Both the position numbers and the translations under genes were made by a program. A model generated the notes under the pieces. It was not told where the DNA came from, searched no databases, and worked only from the letters and a program-made list of their open reading frames with translations. A DNA stretch of 64,000 nt from Priapulus caudatus (Eukaryota), in assembly GCF_000485595.1 (NCBI RefSeq), contig NW_014577078.1:847115-911114 (forward strand), in the 5' to 3' direction. Shown one piece after another: positions 1 to 11,789 of the stretch (its first letter is position 1; each line of letters starts with the position of its first letter).

Positions 1-99
1 TAAAGACTTGTGCAAGTGCATCAGACGGCCCAATTTTCAATTTTCAAATAATATACAATACGAGATTGAAATAAAGATTTATAATGTTTTTCTTTGTTT

Positions 100-205
100 T
101 TTTTTCGGGCCACCAGATTTCATTTTCGGGCCACCAAAAATTGAAAATCAATGATTTTGGTGGCCCGATCGGGCCACTGAAAAAAAAAGTTAGTGTCGAG
201 CCTTG
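100..205. mobile_element. end of a hAT-like non-autonomous element
   Basis: Subterminal TCGGGCCAC repeats ending in GTTAGTGTCGAGCCTTG (a CA(A/G)GGCTCGA-type terminus on the other strand); the other end lies outside the window. Confidence 0.4.
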
Positions 206-303
206 CCTAACACTAACCATATCAAATAGTGACCAGTGTACGTTCTGGTATACCGGACCGTAACCAGGGTACCGTTCCGGCAGTAACCTGGAGGACATAG
301 ACC

Positions 304-410
304 CAAGGATAGAGAACATGGGTCCCAATAAAACCAATGTGCCTAACCCTAACCTATTATATTGATGTAAATGACATTGGTTTTATTGGGACCCATGTTC
401 TCTATCCTTG
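304..410. mobile_element. palindromic MITE with central (TAACCC)n
   Basis: About 37-bp inverted arms (CAAGGATAGAGAACATGGGTCCCAATAAAACCAATGT) around CCTAACCCTAACCCTA. Confidence 0.6.
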
Positions 411-659
411 AACCGACCCTATGAGCGCCACTGGCATTCGCCATTATGGCATTAAGTCGTGCAGTGTGTTCCCTATATTAATTGTGTATTCTTACGCACG
501 GTATTCTTGAAATCTTATGCTCAAAAATTATTATCCCAGAAGTAACAAAAATAAAATAAATATAATATTATGATAAAACACACGGTGTAGCCTGTAGGCC
601 CTATGCTGCCTGCAGATAATAAACGAATACCGTACCAAATATTTCACATTCAGTGATAG

Positions 660-719
660 CAAGAGTAGGATAATAACACATTTATTATCACATTAATCAC
701 ATGTTATTATCTACTCTTG
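660..719. mobile_element. mini P-like element / excision scar
   Basis: CAAGAGTAG(G)ATAATAACA inverted arms, AT-rich filler, 7-bp TSD GTGATAG. Confidence 0.75.
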
Positions 720-1094
720 GTGATAGTCATGCGTGATCCATCTTTGCTGGAAGAAAATGAGAAAAACTATGACAGGACGGCTTTTTACAATACACCAGTA
801 ATGTTCTTACCTTTCACTGGGTTGTCAAATTTTATGAAAACCTCACAAGCTTTCACAAAAGGATGAAACATAAGCGGCTGGTAATGGAAAATTTCTATAA
901 CAACCGGTTGAAACTGGTACGGCCCGCCATATTCGGCGCACACTCGGTTATTTCCGTCAGCGCGGTAATGTATAAATGTCAAAACATCAAAACATATTAA
1001 AATATTCATCAATTGCTGAAACATAACTTACAATAAAATATTACAAATAATTTTCAAATGCATTTGTATGGTAAATAAGTGTATTATTCTATAT

Positions 1095-4065
1095 AGGAAA
1101 ATCCCGCCGAAGCAGTAGAATAAGCCACTTCGTATCGTTACGCACTGGAGCTTTATGACGTCATCGGGTCATAGGTCATTTGTACATAGTGAGAATATCG
1201 ATCGCGCGTTTGCTCATACGCGTTTGCCGTATGCATAATATGCATAAATGTTATACAGAAGCTATGTAAAATCGTGTGTGCGTTTGTATTCTGCACTGAA
1301 CCGATCGACTATCTGCCCGTGCTTTTTGTTTTTTGGATTTTTACGTGTGTGTATGATATTCATTGTGGGGTATTTTAGGTAGATATATGCAGTATCGGTT
1401 CTTCTCGGTCAGTCAGTCTCGGTCATATCATTTATTTATGGATGTCTTTTTGCTCCCTGCATTTCTCAATTCTAATACAACAGAAATGCACACTCAGGCA
1501 CACATGTAAATAACTTGCAAAGCATATCTATTGATTCATGTTTAATGCACATCTAACTACATATGAACAAGGAGGAATGTTAACCTCTAAATACATTGTA
1601 CAAGCAATTAAAGCAATGAAAATGGGGAAATTATGTACGTGTATACTTGTATGAAACCTGCAAATGTGATAATTTATAATGTAGCAAGTATAAAAAATAG
1701 CAATGAAATAAACGCGTTTTCATTTGAGAGACAGCAGCTAGGGAATAAACATGTATCATAATTTCTTATATTTCTTATTATTAATATATATGAAAACCTT
1801 CAATTTAAGTACCATTTAATATTAATAATAAAAAATATATGCGTGACTCCTGTTTCATGTGTAAATGGTATTTTAGCTGCCATAGTATAGACATAAATTG
1901 TAATCAAAATACTAATAACTGAAATAGTATGCATTCAAACAATGTTATGATTATTATATTATTTTATGTTTATTAATGAATGCTATTTAATTATTGAATG
2001 TTCGTTGCTTTATTAATTAAGTATATAATTGAGAATGAGATGTAACTGCATGTGTATGAATGATGCAATGCCAAAATGGTGATGGAGACGTCAGATGTTC
2101 ATTATGACAATTACAGAAACTTTGGTGAGGATGAAAAATATTAAGGAATTAAACCTTTAGTACACGTGTGCGTTCTTTCTTCGCTTCCTATACTGTATGT
2201 TTGATCGATTTTTCGGTTTTTGAGGCGTACGTGTGGGCTTTCGTGTAGAACGTGGCAAAGACTCCTTATTTGTCCCTGTCCAATACCTCATTCTACCGAC
2301 TTTAGGGGCTAAAAATTTGTGAATGTAACTTCTTTTTGGAAGCAATGCCAGTAAATCGATTCACTGAAGTGTCATTTTTTGTCACAATTGATGTCACGAA
2401 GTTGTCTTTTTCTCTTTGCTTCAACCTGGTCACTTTCAACTTTTGCTGGAGATGATAGTTCTTCTGTTTTAGCTCGTCTATCACAGACTGTTTTTCTTTA
2501 CAAGAAGGGCAAGAGGTGGCATATTTGGAAGAGTAATGGTGGTCAACAAGATTATTGTCTTTTGATTCAGGTTGTGGATCTTCTATTACATTAATAAATT
2601 TCTGTATCTTTCTCAGGGAGAGTTTCATTGAAATCTACAAGGTCTGTTGTGCTTAAAGTTTCTTCCATTTTTCTTTTGAGAGCTCTCTTTCTTGGGATAT
2701 GTATTCTGCCCGTTCTCGTGAAGGATTGCGAGGTGCTTTGGCAGAGGAATGACCAGGCGAATTATAACCAAGCTTCTCTGTGGGATCCGGCTATACTGTA
2801 GTTGGTTCCCCTTCTTTGAAGTGTTCTGAACAAATTCTGCCTTGGTAGTTCGGCTGCCAATTAATTATGACCACTCTTAGTTTTTCGATTCACAAGCTTT
2901 GCCCACCTGCGTCGGCCATCAGGATCTTTGTTATCCGACGGAAAAGGATGTAACACAAAAGGTGGCTTGCAGACACAGCTTCCAAACCTATAACCGTGTC
3001 TATCACAAAGCTGGGTATACCATCGGTCTAGCTTGTGGATGCTATTTGAGCATCCAATGACTGCACACATCCTCCCTATTATGAGCTGATAAAAATCTGT
3101 GGATTCAGAACAAATAATCAACGCAATAATTAAAAATTATCAAAAAAAAATTATTTAGAAAATACAGAGACAGCGTGTGAATTTCTCATATCAATTATAT
3201 ACTGATTTTGTTGGTAGATTTGCAGAAATAAACTTATACTTTTCGTAGACAAACAATAATAAATGAGACATCATTCATGATCATTGTTCCTGCTGCTACA
3301 ACCAGTACCAATCATAATAATAATTATTATTATTTATATTTAATATAATTATCACAATTAGAATTTACTATAATTTACTTAGATAAAGAAGTAAATTAGC
3401 AGCTTAAAACTTGAATCCAAACATTTACAATTAAAGTAATCCCATGAATGATGCAATGAGAAAATGGTGATGGAGACGTCAGATGTCCATGATGACAACT
3501 ACAGGAACTTTGGTGAGAATGAAAAATATTAAAGAAACCTTTCAATAAATGATGGACTTAAAATAGTGTTATAATGTCTTAATTCTCATGTGTACAAATA
3601 GCTACTAGGTAAACTCGAAAGTTTTTCACACATGCATCTTTATGTTATTGCCATAATTAGTACTGAAATAATTACATGGGTCCTTTATAAACATGTATCC
3701 CTATACCTAAAAGACAGGATATCAGTTATAACGACGCATTTTTCCATTTATCAACTAAGTAACAGACAACAAAATTGAACAAATAAATTGTATTTGTTCT
3801 ACATGTATCAATGAAATTTACACACATTCTATATTGGGCAAATCTTAGTTAAATGTGATGTTATTTCCAACTTAGACAAATACAGAACGTACGGTTCCAC
3901 TTGCTATCACATGCCACGAAGACCAAGCGAGCGTTTTATGTACAATTGACCTTTGGCAAAAGTTCATGCCAGAATCTCGCACATGCTCAATGCGTAACTA
4001 CGAAGTGGCTTATTGACCAATCACAAGCACGCGTACGGCAATCCGACCGCGTGATTTTTTTTCCT
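1095..4065 (-). mobile_element. internally deleted ISL2EU/PIF-Harbinger-like THAP transposon
   Basis: Imperfect TIRs: AGGAAAATCCCGC...AATAAGCCACTTCGTA..GTTACGCA...GGTCATTTGTACATA at about 1095-1188, mirrored at about 3937-4065; encloses a THAP transposase remnant; AT on the left flank. Confidence 0.6.
2157..3070 (-). pseudogene. THAP-domain transposase N-terminus, decayed (ISL2EU/Harbinger type)
   Basis: MCAVIGCSN...HPFP...W...WQP...RICSEHF...PDPT (C2CH THAP), DHHY motif, coiled coil, then D.SV.RFTG...FLAPKVGRMRYWTG; several frameshifts (4-bp duplication near 2860), an in-frame TAG, and no DDE domain. Confidence 0.8.
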
Positions 4066-4074
4066 AGGTTAATC

Positions 4075-4278
4075 CAGAGCTCAGATCCAGAGCATATAAA
4101 TCTATTATATAGATGATCAAATAACTAGATCTATTATTATTAAATATTATCAAATATTACTATCATATTTATATTATACTATATATACTATATACTATAT
4201 ATTATACTATATACTATATATTATACTATATATACAATTATCAAATATTAGATCTATAAAATATATTTATATGCTCTG
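4075..4278. mobile_element. P-like scar with long AT-rich filler
   Basis: CAGAGC...GCTCTG ends (inner CAGAGCATATAAAT/ATTTATATGCTCTG), TATAC-type filler, 7-bp TSD GTTAATC. Confidence 0.6.
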
Positions 4279-4354
4279 GTTAATCAAGAGCATAGGTGCT
4301 GCCATTTGTTGATACAAATCACGTGCTTCAAACTCCTGTTTTATTGTGCATTGT

Positions 4355-4625
4355 GACCCTAACCATAACCCTAACATTAACCCTAACCCTAACCCTATTT
4401 AAAAAATATATATAAAAAATTAAATTTTTAATTGTAAAAATTAATTGTTGTAAATAAATCATGTAAATATTTGTGTTAATTGAAAAAAAATTGTTAAACA
4501 GATAAAGATAGAAAAATACAGAAAACAGGAAAATAATTAAAAAACGGATGGGATTCGATCCACCGACCTTCCAGCCTTGCCTTTCATGCTGTACTCGCTT
4601 AACCTGTATAATACCAGTTGCCATG
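4355..4625 (-). repeat. tRNA-like head + AT-rich tract + (TTAGGG)n module
   Basis: Minus strand GGATCGAATCCC B-box-like motif followed by the same TTTTTAATTATTTTCCTG... tract as 7564-7620, then TTAGGG repeats. Confidence 0.5.
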
Positions 4626-4744
4626 TTACGCTTGACTGCGTTTGCTACACTACCGGCCGTTACGATCAGGAGCGGTAATCATTAACGTTAGTACTCGCTC
4701 GGCTATTGATCGTTTTTGGAATTACAAATTTTGGATGTGTAAAC

Positions 4745-6102
4745 CAGAGCACTTAAATCAACTAAGTTGATTTAAAGGGAAAGTTTACTCTAGGTTCTAG
4801 AGCTATTTTCAGCTAATTTAGGTTATAATTACACTACATAAAAAGTTTCATGGTTCAATCACCATTATAATTTTTTTTTTTAAAGGGACAGTAGCCTCTA
4901 GGATTTTACTGCATACAANNNNNNNNNNNNNNNNNNNNNNNNNNNNNNNNNNNNNNNNNNNNNNNNNNNNNNNNNNNNNNNNNNNNNNNNNNNNNNNNNN
5001 NNNNNNNNNNNNNNNNNNNNNNNNNNNNNNNNNNNNNNNNNNNNNNNNNNNNNNNNNNNNNNNNNNNNNNNNNNNNNNNNNNNNNNNNNNNNNNNNNNNN
5101 NNNNNNNNNNNNNNNNNNNNNNNNNNNNNNNNNNNNNNNNNNNNNNNNNNNNNNNNNNNNNNNNNNNNNNNNNNNNNNNNNNNNNNNNNNNNNNNNNNNN
5201 NNNNNNNNNNNNNNNNNNNNNNNNNNNNNNNNNNNNNNNNNNNNNNNNNNNNNNNNNNNNNNNNNNNNNNNNNNNNNNNNNNNNNNNNNNNNNNNNNNNN
5301 NNNNNNNNNNNNNNNNNNNNNNNNNNNNNNNNNNNNNNNNNNNNNNNNNNNNNNNNNNNNNNNNNNNNNNNNNNNNNNNNNNNNNNNNNNNNNNNNNNNN
5401 NNNNNNNNNNNNNNNNNNNNNNNNNNNNNNNNNNNNNNNNNNNNNNNNNNNNNNNNNNNNNNNNNNNNNNNNNNNNNNNNNNNNNNNNNNNNNNNNNNNN
5501 NNNNNNNNNNNNNNNNNNNNNNNNNNNNNNNNNNNNNNNNNNNNNNNNNNNNNNNNNNNNNNNNNNNNNNNNNNNNNNNNTTGTATGCAGTAAAATCCTA
5601 GAGGCTACTGTTCCTTTAATGTTTTAAAACTAACAACTACAGTGGCGCCACTCAATGCGCACGATCTGATAAGTTGCGCAAAACCACTTTCCAGCCAAGG
5701 GCTACAGACCGAGGGTGTTTCTTATTTATTTATTTAAAAGCAAAAGAATTGTAATATCTTATAAACGACATATAGTTTTAGTTATAATATAGATAAAGTT
5801 GCCCTATAATGAATATCGTTCGGTTAAATAGCATTTAGGTATAAATATAATTGCACTTTTGTGATTAGCCTTCGGTCTGTAACGTGCAAAATAAATGGTC
5901 AAATACGCAACTTTTTTGGGGTGGCAGCACGGTAGCGGGTATCATGGGGCCGTTCAAATTTCGTAGCGATGATGTGTAATTAATAATAACAATTAAATTA
6001 GGTATCTGGTAACAATACGTGTGGGTATAGACGATTTGTTATACAGTAAGTACAGTTGTATGCAGTAAAATCCTAAAGGCTACTGTTCCTTTAAGTGCTC
6101 TG
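4745..6102. mobile_element. P-like scar interrupted by a Kolobok-like insertion
   Basis: CAGAGCACTTAAATCAACT-A-AGTTGAT[TTAA..insert..TTAA]GTGCTCTG; 7-bp TSD TGTAAAC. Confidence 0.7.
4776..6090 (-). mobile_element. Kolobok-like MITE (family A), with a nested insert at 4884-5615
   Basis: TTAA on both sides, AGG..CCT termini, reverse complement of the 12131-12729 copy; inner TTAA-flanked insert spans the N gap. Confidence 0.7.
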
Positions 6103-6780
6103 TGTAAACTGCAGACCAAACTGCATGTAGCGCCCCCTTCGCACAATGTTCTCCGGATACACTCAGCGCCATCTGTCGTGGAGTTTGGCTGATGACAAGT
6201 AGTAGGTCTGAGGGGAGAGATAGTGAATATAGAAATAAGTTGTAGATATAGAAATCAGTTAACCCTAACCCTAACCCTAACCCTATCTCTAATTCTAAAA
6301 TAAAACAAAATTAGCCAAAAATAATAAATAATAAAATAAATAAGAGACAAAATTAGCCAATCAGATCCGTCCCCTAGCGGATCACTATCTCCCCCCTGTG
6401 CAAAATTTGATGACAAGTGTAGAATTATAAGTGTAGAGACTAGAGTTTTGTTATGTTTAGTTATATTAGGCTCGTTATTAATAGTATTAGTGTATGCAAA
6501 CTTGCCTCGTAAATAAACAAAGTGACGAAATTACAAATAAAGTATCATGAGTAAGTAAACATTAATTAAGTTTACGTAACACGTAAGTTATCATTTACTA
6601 TTTAGCTCCAAGAAACGGTATTGCTAGGGTTAGAATACCTACGGTGTATTGACGTTAGTCACACAGCCTTGTCGGGTTAGTTATCATTATGACTTATGTA
6701 ACACTAACACTAACTCTGTAGGCCTAGGCCCTAACGCAGTAACTGTAACACTAACAGTCGCACAGCCTGGGTCTTGGAAC

Positions 6781-7084
6781 GTACGGTAGAGGGAGGGTGC
6801 CGCTACGTGGCAGCACTAGTGTTAGGGTCAGGGTTAGAGTTAAGATTAGGGTTAGGGAAATAAGGCCATGTCTAGCATGGAAGTATGACTGGAATGATGG
6901 AACTGTACGAACAAACTCTACGACAGATGGCGCTCTCGCTCAGTCATGGGCTCAATCATGGGCTCTATCTCGATCTATGGTATCCTGAGTGTACGAAGGT
7001 GCACTGCATGCAGTTTGGTGTACGAAGTGACTAGTGCTGCCACGTAGTGGCACCCTCCCTCTACGCCCGGGGGAAAGTGACACC
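6781..7084. mobile_element. MULE-like MITE with TTAGGG tract
   Basis: Arms GTAGAGGGAGGGTGCCGCTACGTGGCAGCACTAGT, same family as 22566-22707; CTTGGAAC on both flanks; left tip eroded. Confidence 0.6.
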
Positions 7085-7137
7085 ACTTGGAACCACAGGC
7101 ACTTGGAGTGTTTTAATAAACGCAGTGGCTATATGCC

Positions 7138-7800
7138 CGGCAGCCGGCCACGGTCTTCGATTTCCTAAATGCCCGGCAGTTTTCCATAATACACGTGTAC
7201 ACATCAGGGTTCTTCAAGCTTTTTCATTATAGCGCCATGGCGGGTGCTGCCTTTACGGTCCTAGTTGCAAATCGCCGAAGGCGGTTTGCGTGCTAGGGGT
7301 GTCCGGGGGCTATGATATTTAGCATGGCGGCTATGATATTTAGAGTGGCGGGTGCATTTTAGGATGGCGGGGGTCGACAATAGCCTGGCGGGCCGCCAGG
7401 CTATAAGTGCTCTTGGAGAACCCTGCACATGTGTTTGCTTATTTAGCATATGTCATGTGCTATTTCCCATAAGCCTTTGATTGCGTGTGCACAAAATAGC
7501 CTAAGCCGAGTGATTAGAGCACTGGCTTTACGTGTGAAAGGTCAATGGTTCGAATCCCGTCTGGTTTTTAATTATTTTCTTGTTTTCTGTATTTTTCTAT
7601 CTTTATCTATTTAACTATTGTTTTCCAATTAACGAAAATATTTACATTATTTATTTACAACAATTTAATTAAAATTTTTTTTTCATTTAATTAAATTTAT
7701 TTAGGGTTAGGGTTAGTCAGAAAGATCTGAACGAGCCACGTCAAACAGAGTTCAAACTGCCGGGCATTTAGGAAATCGAAGACCGTGCCCGGCTGCCGAT
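7138..7800. mobile_element. TIR element carrying a tRNA-like A/B box and TTAGGG
   Basis: About 45-bp TIR CGGCAGCCGG(C/G)CACGGTCTTCGATTTCCTAAATGCCCGGCAGTTT; internal AGCCGAGTGATTAGAGC...GGTTCGAATCCC at about 7504-7558; TTAGGG at about 7700. Confidence 0.65.
7205..7425 (-). mobile_element. hAT5-like MITE
   Basis: CAGGGTTCT...AGAACCCTG termini, 5-bp TSD CACAT; second copy at 35630-35845. Confidence 0.75.
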
Positions 7801-8738
7801 AAAATAAAACAATACAATAAAATATAATGCTAAATAAATACGAAATCTATTTACTACCAAAGTCTTAATGTTTCTCTACACTCTTTCACCTATTATTGCC
7901 GACAATTTCCTGTAAATGCCGTCCAAATGCTTATCTGCAACACACGCTGGCTTCCGCACGCTAGCTGCTGTACTGAGAGACTGACACATAAATATTTCGC
8001 AGTGGCAACGCGTCCGGAACCGGTCGCCTAGCCTCCAGGCTACGCGTCTGCACATCCACTCACACAGTGATCGTGCGACTCGCGTACACGCATGATTGCG
8101 CAACGGTACGCTCTGCTGCCGTCTATCCTTTCATCCGTCCTCTCTCGCTCTCTCTCTCTCTCACACACACACACGCGCAGCTCTCTCTCTCTCTCTCTCT
8201 CTCACGCATACACACACACATACACATTCCTAGCGACCTAGCGTCCTAGCGACTCCTCGTCCGGAACCGGTCGCTAATGGTAATGCTACTTATCACTAAT
8301 AACCAACTAATATCATAGTGCTTTGGAGAAAGCTTACCTCGTAACTATGGAATGTTTAAAGTATCTCTATTTTTCATACCGCGTATAATACAGCTAGTAA
8401 TTGGTTAAAACAATTCTTACATTCACTGAAACATAACAAAATTAACGCCATCTTAGAAAGGTGTGAAAGCGCCATCTCTAGGTTCATAAAAGAACTATAT
8501 ATGCATTTTTCAGTCAACACTTTTTTCACCCTCCCCAAAGCACAAAATGTGGATATATACACGTTTTTACAGTCCCTCTGTTTTCCCACACACAGAGAAA
8601 AAGCTCCCCCTCCCTTCTCTTCTCTCTACCTCACTCCTCCTGCTTCATTGTGTTGCAGTTGTACCCTTANNNNNNNNNNGACGGCAATTGCCGTCGGTGC
8701 CGTCGGTTAATTCGAGCCCTGTTCCCACTCCTTCTCTT

Positions 8739-8783
<45 letters not shown>

Positions 8784-9267
8784 CCTCTCTGAGGCTCTCT
8801 CTCTCTCTCACGCATACACACACATACACATTCCCACTCTCTCTCTGTCTCTCTCTCTCTCTCGCACACACACACACACACGGCAATCAGCAGATCGTCC
8901 CATTGCGCAATCATGCGTGTACGTGTCGCAAGCTCACTGTGTGAGATGGATGTAGCCTAGCGGCTCCTCGTCCGGAACCGGTCGTGTAGCCACGGCCTAA
9001 ATATTTATGCATAATAGTGTGCAGCAGCTAGCGTGCGGCAGCCAGCGTGTGTTGCAGATGAGCATTTGGACGGCATTTACAGGAAATTGTCGGCTATAAT
9101 AGGTGAAAGAGAGTATAGAAACGTTAAGACTTTGGTAGTAAATAGATTTCGTATTTATTTAGCATTATATTTTATTGAAACGCTCCAAGTGCCTGTGGCT
9201 GTGCTTGGAACGTCTCAATAAAAAAAAGGTAATTAAACAGGAAATGTATTTACTACCAAAGTCTTAA

Positions 9268-9755
9268 AGCCGCACAATGCGCATCCAAACGCTAATTTCT
9301 CCAGTACTAGACTAGCAAATACTTCGTGTCATGCATAATCACACGACCTTATGACAAAATAAACTCTAGTTCCTCCCATTTCACTGCACGTTGTCTTATA
9401 AAAGGTATTTAAAAATACCTCCAATGTTGTTCAAATTCTCCGATGTTGTTGACAGTTTCCCCAAGCAACCGTGCAGCGGTGCTGCGGTACAGCGGTACGG
9501 GTGTAGCAAAGATAAAAACATGGGACGTCACCTCACCACTTCGAGGCTAAATTGTTTGGCAAACAGTCGGCGTTTGCGCCAGAATGCCAGAATGCCAGTT
9601 TTCTCACCTCTTTCTTGTGGGTTTTAAGCAAACGCGCAGTGAAATGGGAGCAACTAGAGTTTATTTTCTCATAAGGTAGTGTGATTATGCATGACACGAA
9701 GTATTTGCTAGTCTAGTACTGGAGAAATTAGCGTTTGGATGCGCATTGTGCGGCT
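9268..9755. mobile_element. Kolobok-like MITE (family B)
   Basis: About 120-bp TIRs starting AGCCGCACAATGCGCATCC; TTAA TSD. Confidence 0.75.
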
Positions 9756-9960
9756 TTAATGTTTCTCTACTCTATTTTGCCTATTATTGCCTAGATCTCT
9801 CTTATTCTTGTAGTTTGTGCACAGGGCGTGCGTGCGTTGTACTTGTGTGTTGCAGAATAAGTGCCTCATAGATCTATGAAATAGAAGAAAATGTGGAAAA
9901 CCCTAAGGGAAGAAGCCATGTAATATTTTTCACTGACTTCACACAAAAAACACATGATTG

Positions 9961-10397
9961 GGCCATAATAAAAATATTACTTGTTTGCCCTCACCCGGAT
10001 GACCCGCCAAAAAGGGGCCCGACTCAAAATATTCTATTGATCTTTCCAATTTTTTTTTTTACAAATTGTATCACTGTACATTATATAAATCTGTAGGCTG
10101 AGGCAATACATTATATCAGGAGTAAGATAATATAGGATCCTATATAGGATCCTATATAGGATCCTATATAGGATATATAGGATCCTATATTATCTTACTC
10201 CTGATTATATGTACCAAGCAAAACAAACATTCAACATAAAAGGTATCTCCACACAAGCACACCTGAGCATGTAGACACCATGCTGAATTTGTAAAAATTA
10301 AGACCCCCCTCAAAAAAAAGAAAAAAAGCCTACCTACCTACCCAAACTTTTCAGCCTGGAGCGGGTGAGGGCAAACAAAGATTTTTTAATTGTGGCC
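9961..10397. mobile_element. PIF/Harbinger-like MITE
   Basis: GGCCA(T/C)AAT...TTGTTTGCCCTCACCCG TIRs, TTG/TTA flanks; related to 28529-28762. Confidence 0.6.
10117..10203. mobile_element. mini P-like element / excision scar
   Basis: CAGGAGTAAGATAATATAGGAT arms, filler of iterated TATAGGATCCTA, 7-bp TSD ATTATAT. Confidence 0.8.
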
Positions 10398-10548
10398 TTA
10401 CATATGCAGTCATTTTTAAAACTATGTAGCTTATTAACTATAGCATAATTTTGAACATTTTTTAATTAAATCTTATTTATCCACTTTGGAAAGCCTAGGC
10501 TTGCAAAGCTGGTCATAAGCCTCCATGTACAATGAGTAAACCATATGA

Positions 10549-11008
10549 GGCGCGTTCACATGGACGTTTTTGGCTCGAGCCTAATTAGGCCCGCGCCAGA
10601 TTTGGCTCGAGCCGAGCGTTCACACGGGCGGTTTTTGGGGCCGTGCCAATTTGGCACGAGCCAATTTGGTCCCATCGAAAACGTCGGACCAGACTCGAGC
10701 CAAATTTTAGCACCAGCTTTCGGCGAGCGGCAGAATCGGTTGAGCGGTAGATGCCACAAGTGTCGAACGTGTACTTCGACGAAATAAAGTCCAAAACAGT
10801 ATAAAAATTCGACGCTCGCGACATACTGCCAAAGTATCTGTGAGATATTTGTGCAATAAAATTTATTTGAATTTGAATTTGAATGTGACGGACAGTATTC
10901 ACTTGCGTACATGTGAATGCTCCGACTCAAACTGGCCCGAGCCAAATTTGGCCTGAGCCAAATTTAGCCCACTTGGTTCGAGCCAAACCATGACCGTATG
11001 AACGCGAC
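10549..11008. mobile_element. Harbinger-like MITE with GGCTCGAGCC motifs
   Basis: GGCGCGTTCACATGG / CCGTATGAACGCGAC termini and repeated palindromic GGCTCGAGCC. Confidence 0.55.
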
Positions 11009-11026
11009 AATGATATATATATATAG

Positions 11027-11789
11027 CAGGAGTAGATAATAAGGAAGGAGTGTGACTTCAATAAACAAGGGAAATTCGTCATTTACTAGCCTTATAATAC
11101 CTACGATTTAATACGCGTAACTCATCCAACTTGAGCTCAAATCGTACACAGTACATTCGCCTAGCATCGTGCGAAATCGTTTCCTCGTATACACCCGCAA
11201 TCCGGAGATACAGACTAAAACGTACGACACGATTTTCCATTCTGTTGCCAGCAAACTCGATGCGTTCAGCGCCGAATTTGAAACAAAAGGCAGCTACTAA
11301 CCACAGCTTGCTCTCTCGCCTAGGCGGTGTGGCTCGAGGGAGATTGGACATCGACGCAACACTCGGCGAGATAACTTTTGACCCGGCATACAGCTACATA
11401 CCGGCATACCGGCATACAACTGGTATGCCCCCCACGCACGCACGTTCACCGCAATCGGCAGCAGCTCCAGCTCCAGCTCCAATCTCCCGATGCAAACCGA
11501 GAGAGCAAGCTGTGGTTAGTAGCTGCCTTTTGTTTCAAATTCGGCGCTGAACGCATCGAGTTTTCTGGCAACAGAATGGAAAATCGTGTCATACGTTTTA
11601 GTCTGTATCTTCGGATTGCAGGTGTATACGAGGCAACGATTTTGCACGATGCTAGGCGAATGTACTGTGTACGATTTGAGCTCAAGTTGGATGAGTTACA
11701 CGTAGTAAATCGTAGGTATTATAAGGCTAGTAAATGACGAAGTTCCCTTGTTTATTGAAGTCACACTCATTCCCTATTATCTACTCCTG
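11027..11789. mobile_element. P-like foldback MITE (763 bp)
   Basis: About 290-bp near-perfect inverted arms, CAGGAGTAGATAATA termini, 8-bp TSD ATATATAG. Confidence 0.85.

Larger units (their letters stand above)
7094..9197. mobile_element. P-like foldback element with long arms, hosting nested elements
   Basis: CACAGGCACTTGGAG...CTCCAAGTGCCTGTG termini; arms about 7813-8110 and 8900-9197; 8-bp CTTGGAAC at 7086-7093 and 9204-9211. Confidence 0.65.

Noticed and set aside
7495..7565. Functional tRNA gene
   Set aside because: A/B-like boxes are present but I could not build a convincing acceptor or anticodon stem; it sits within a repeat family.
9866..10540. Missing first PRS exon (ATGTGGAAA at 9891 or ATGA|GTAAAC at 10532)
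   Set aside because: The first has the wrong phase or stops; the second has a weak donor. Neither can be supported without transcripts.
11079..11737. Mirror-image ORF pairs on both strands
   Set aside because: A consequence of the foldback MITE arms; no domain features.
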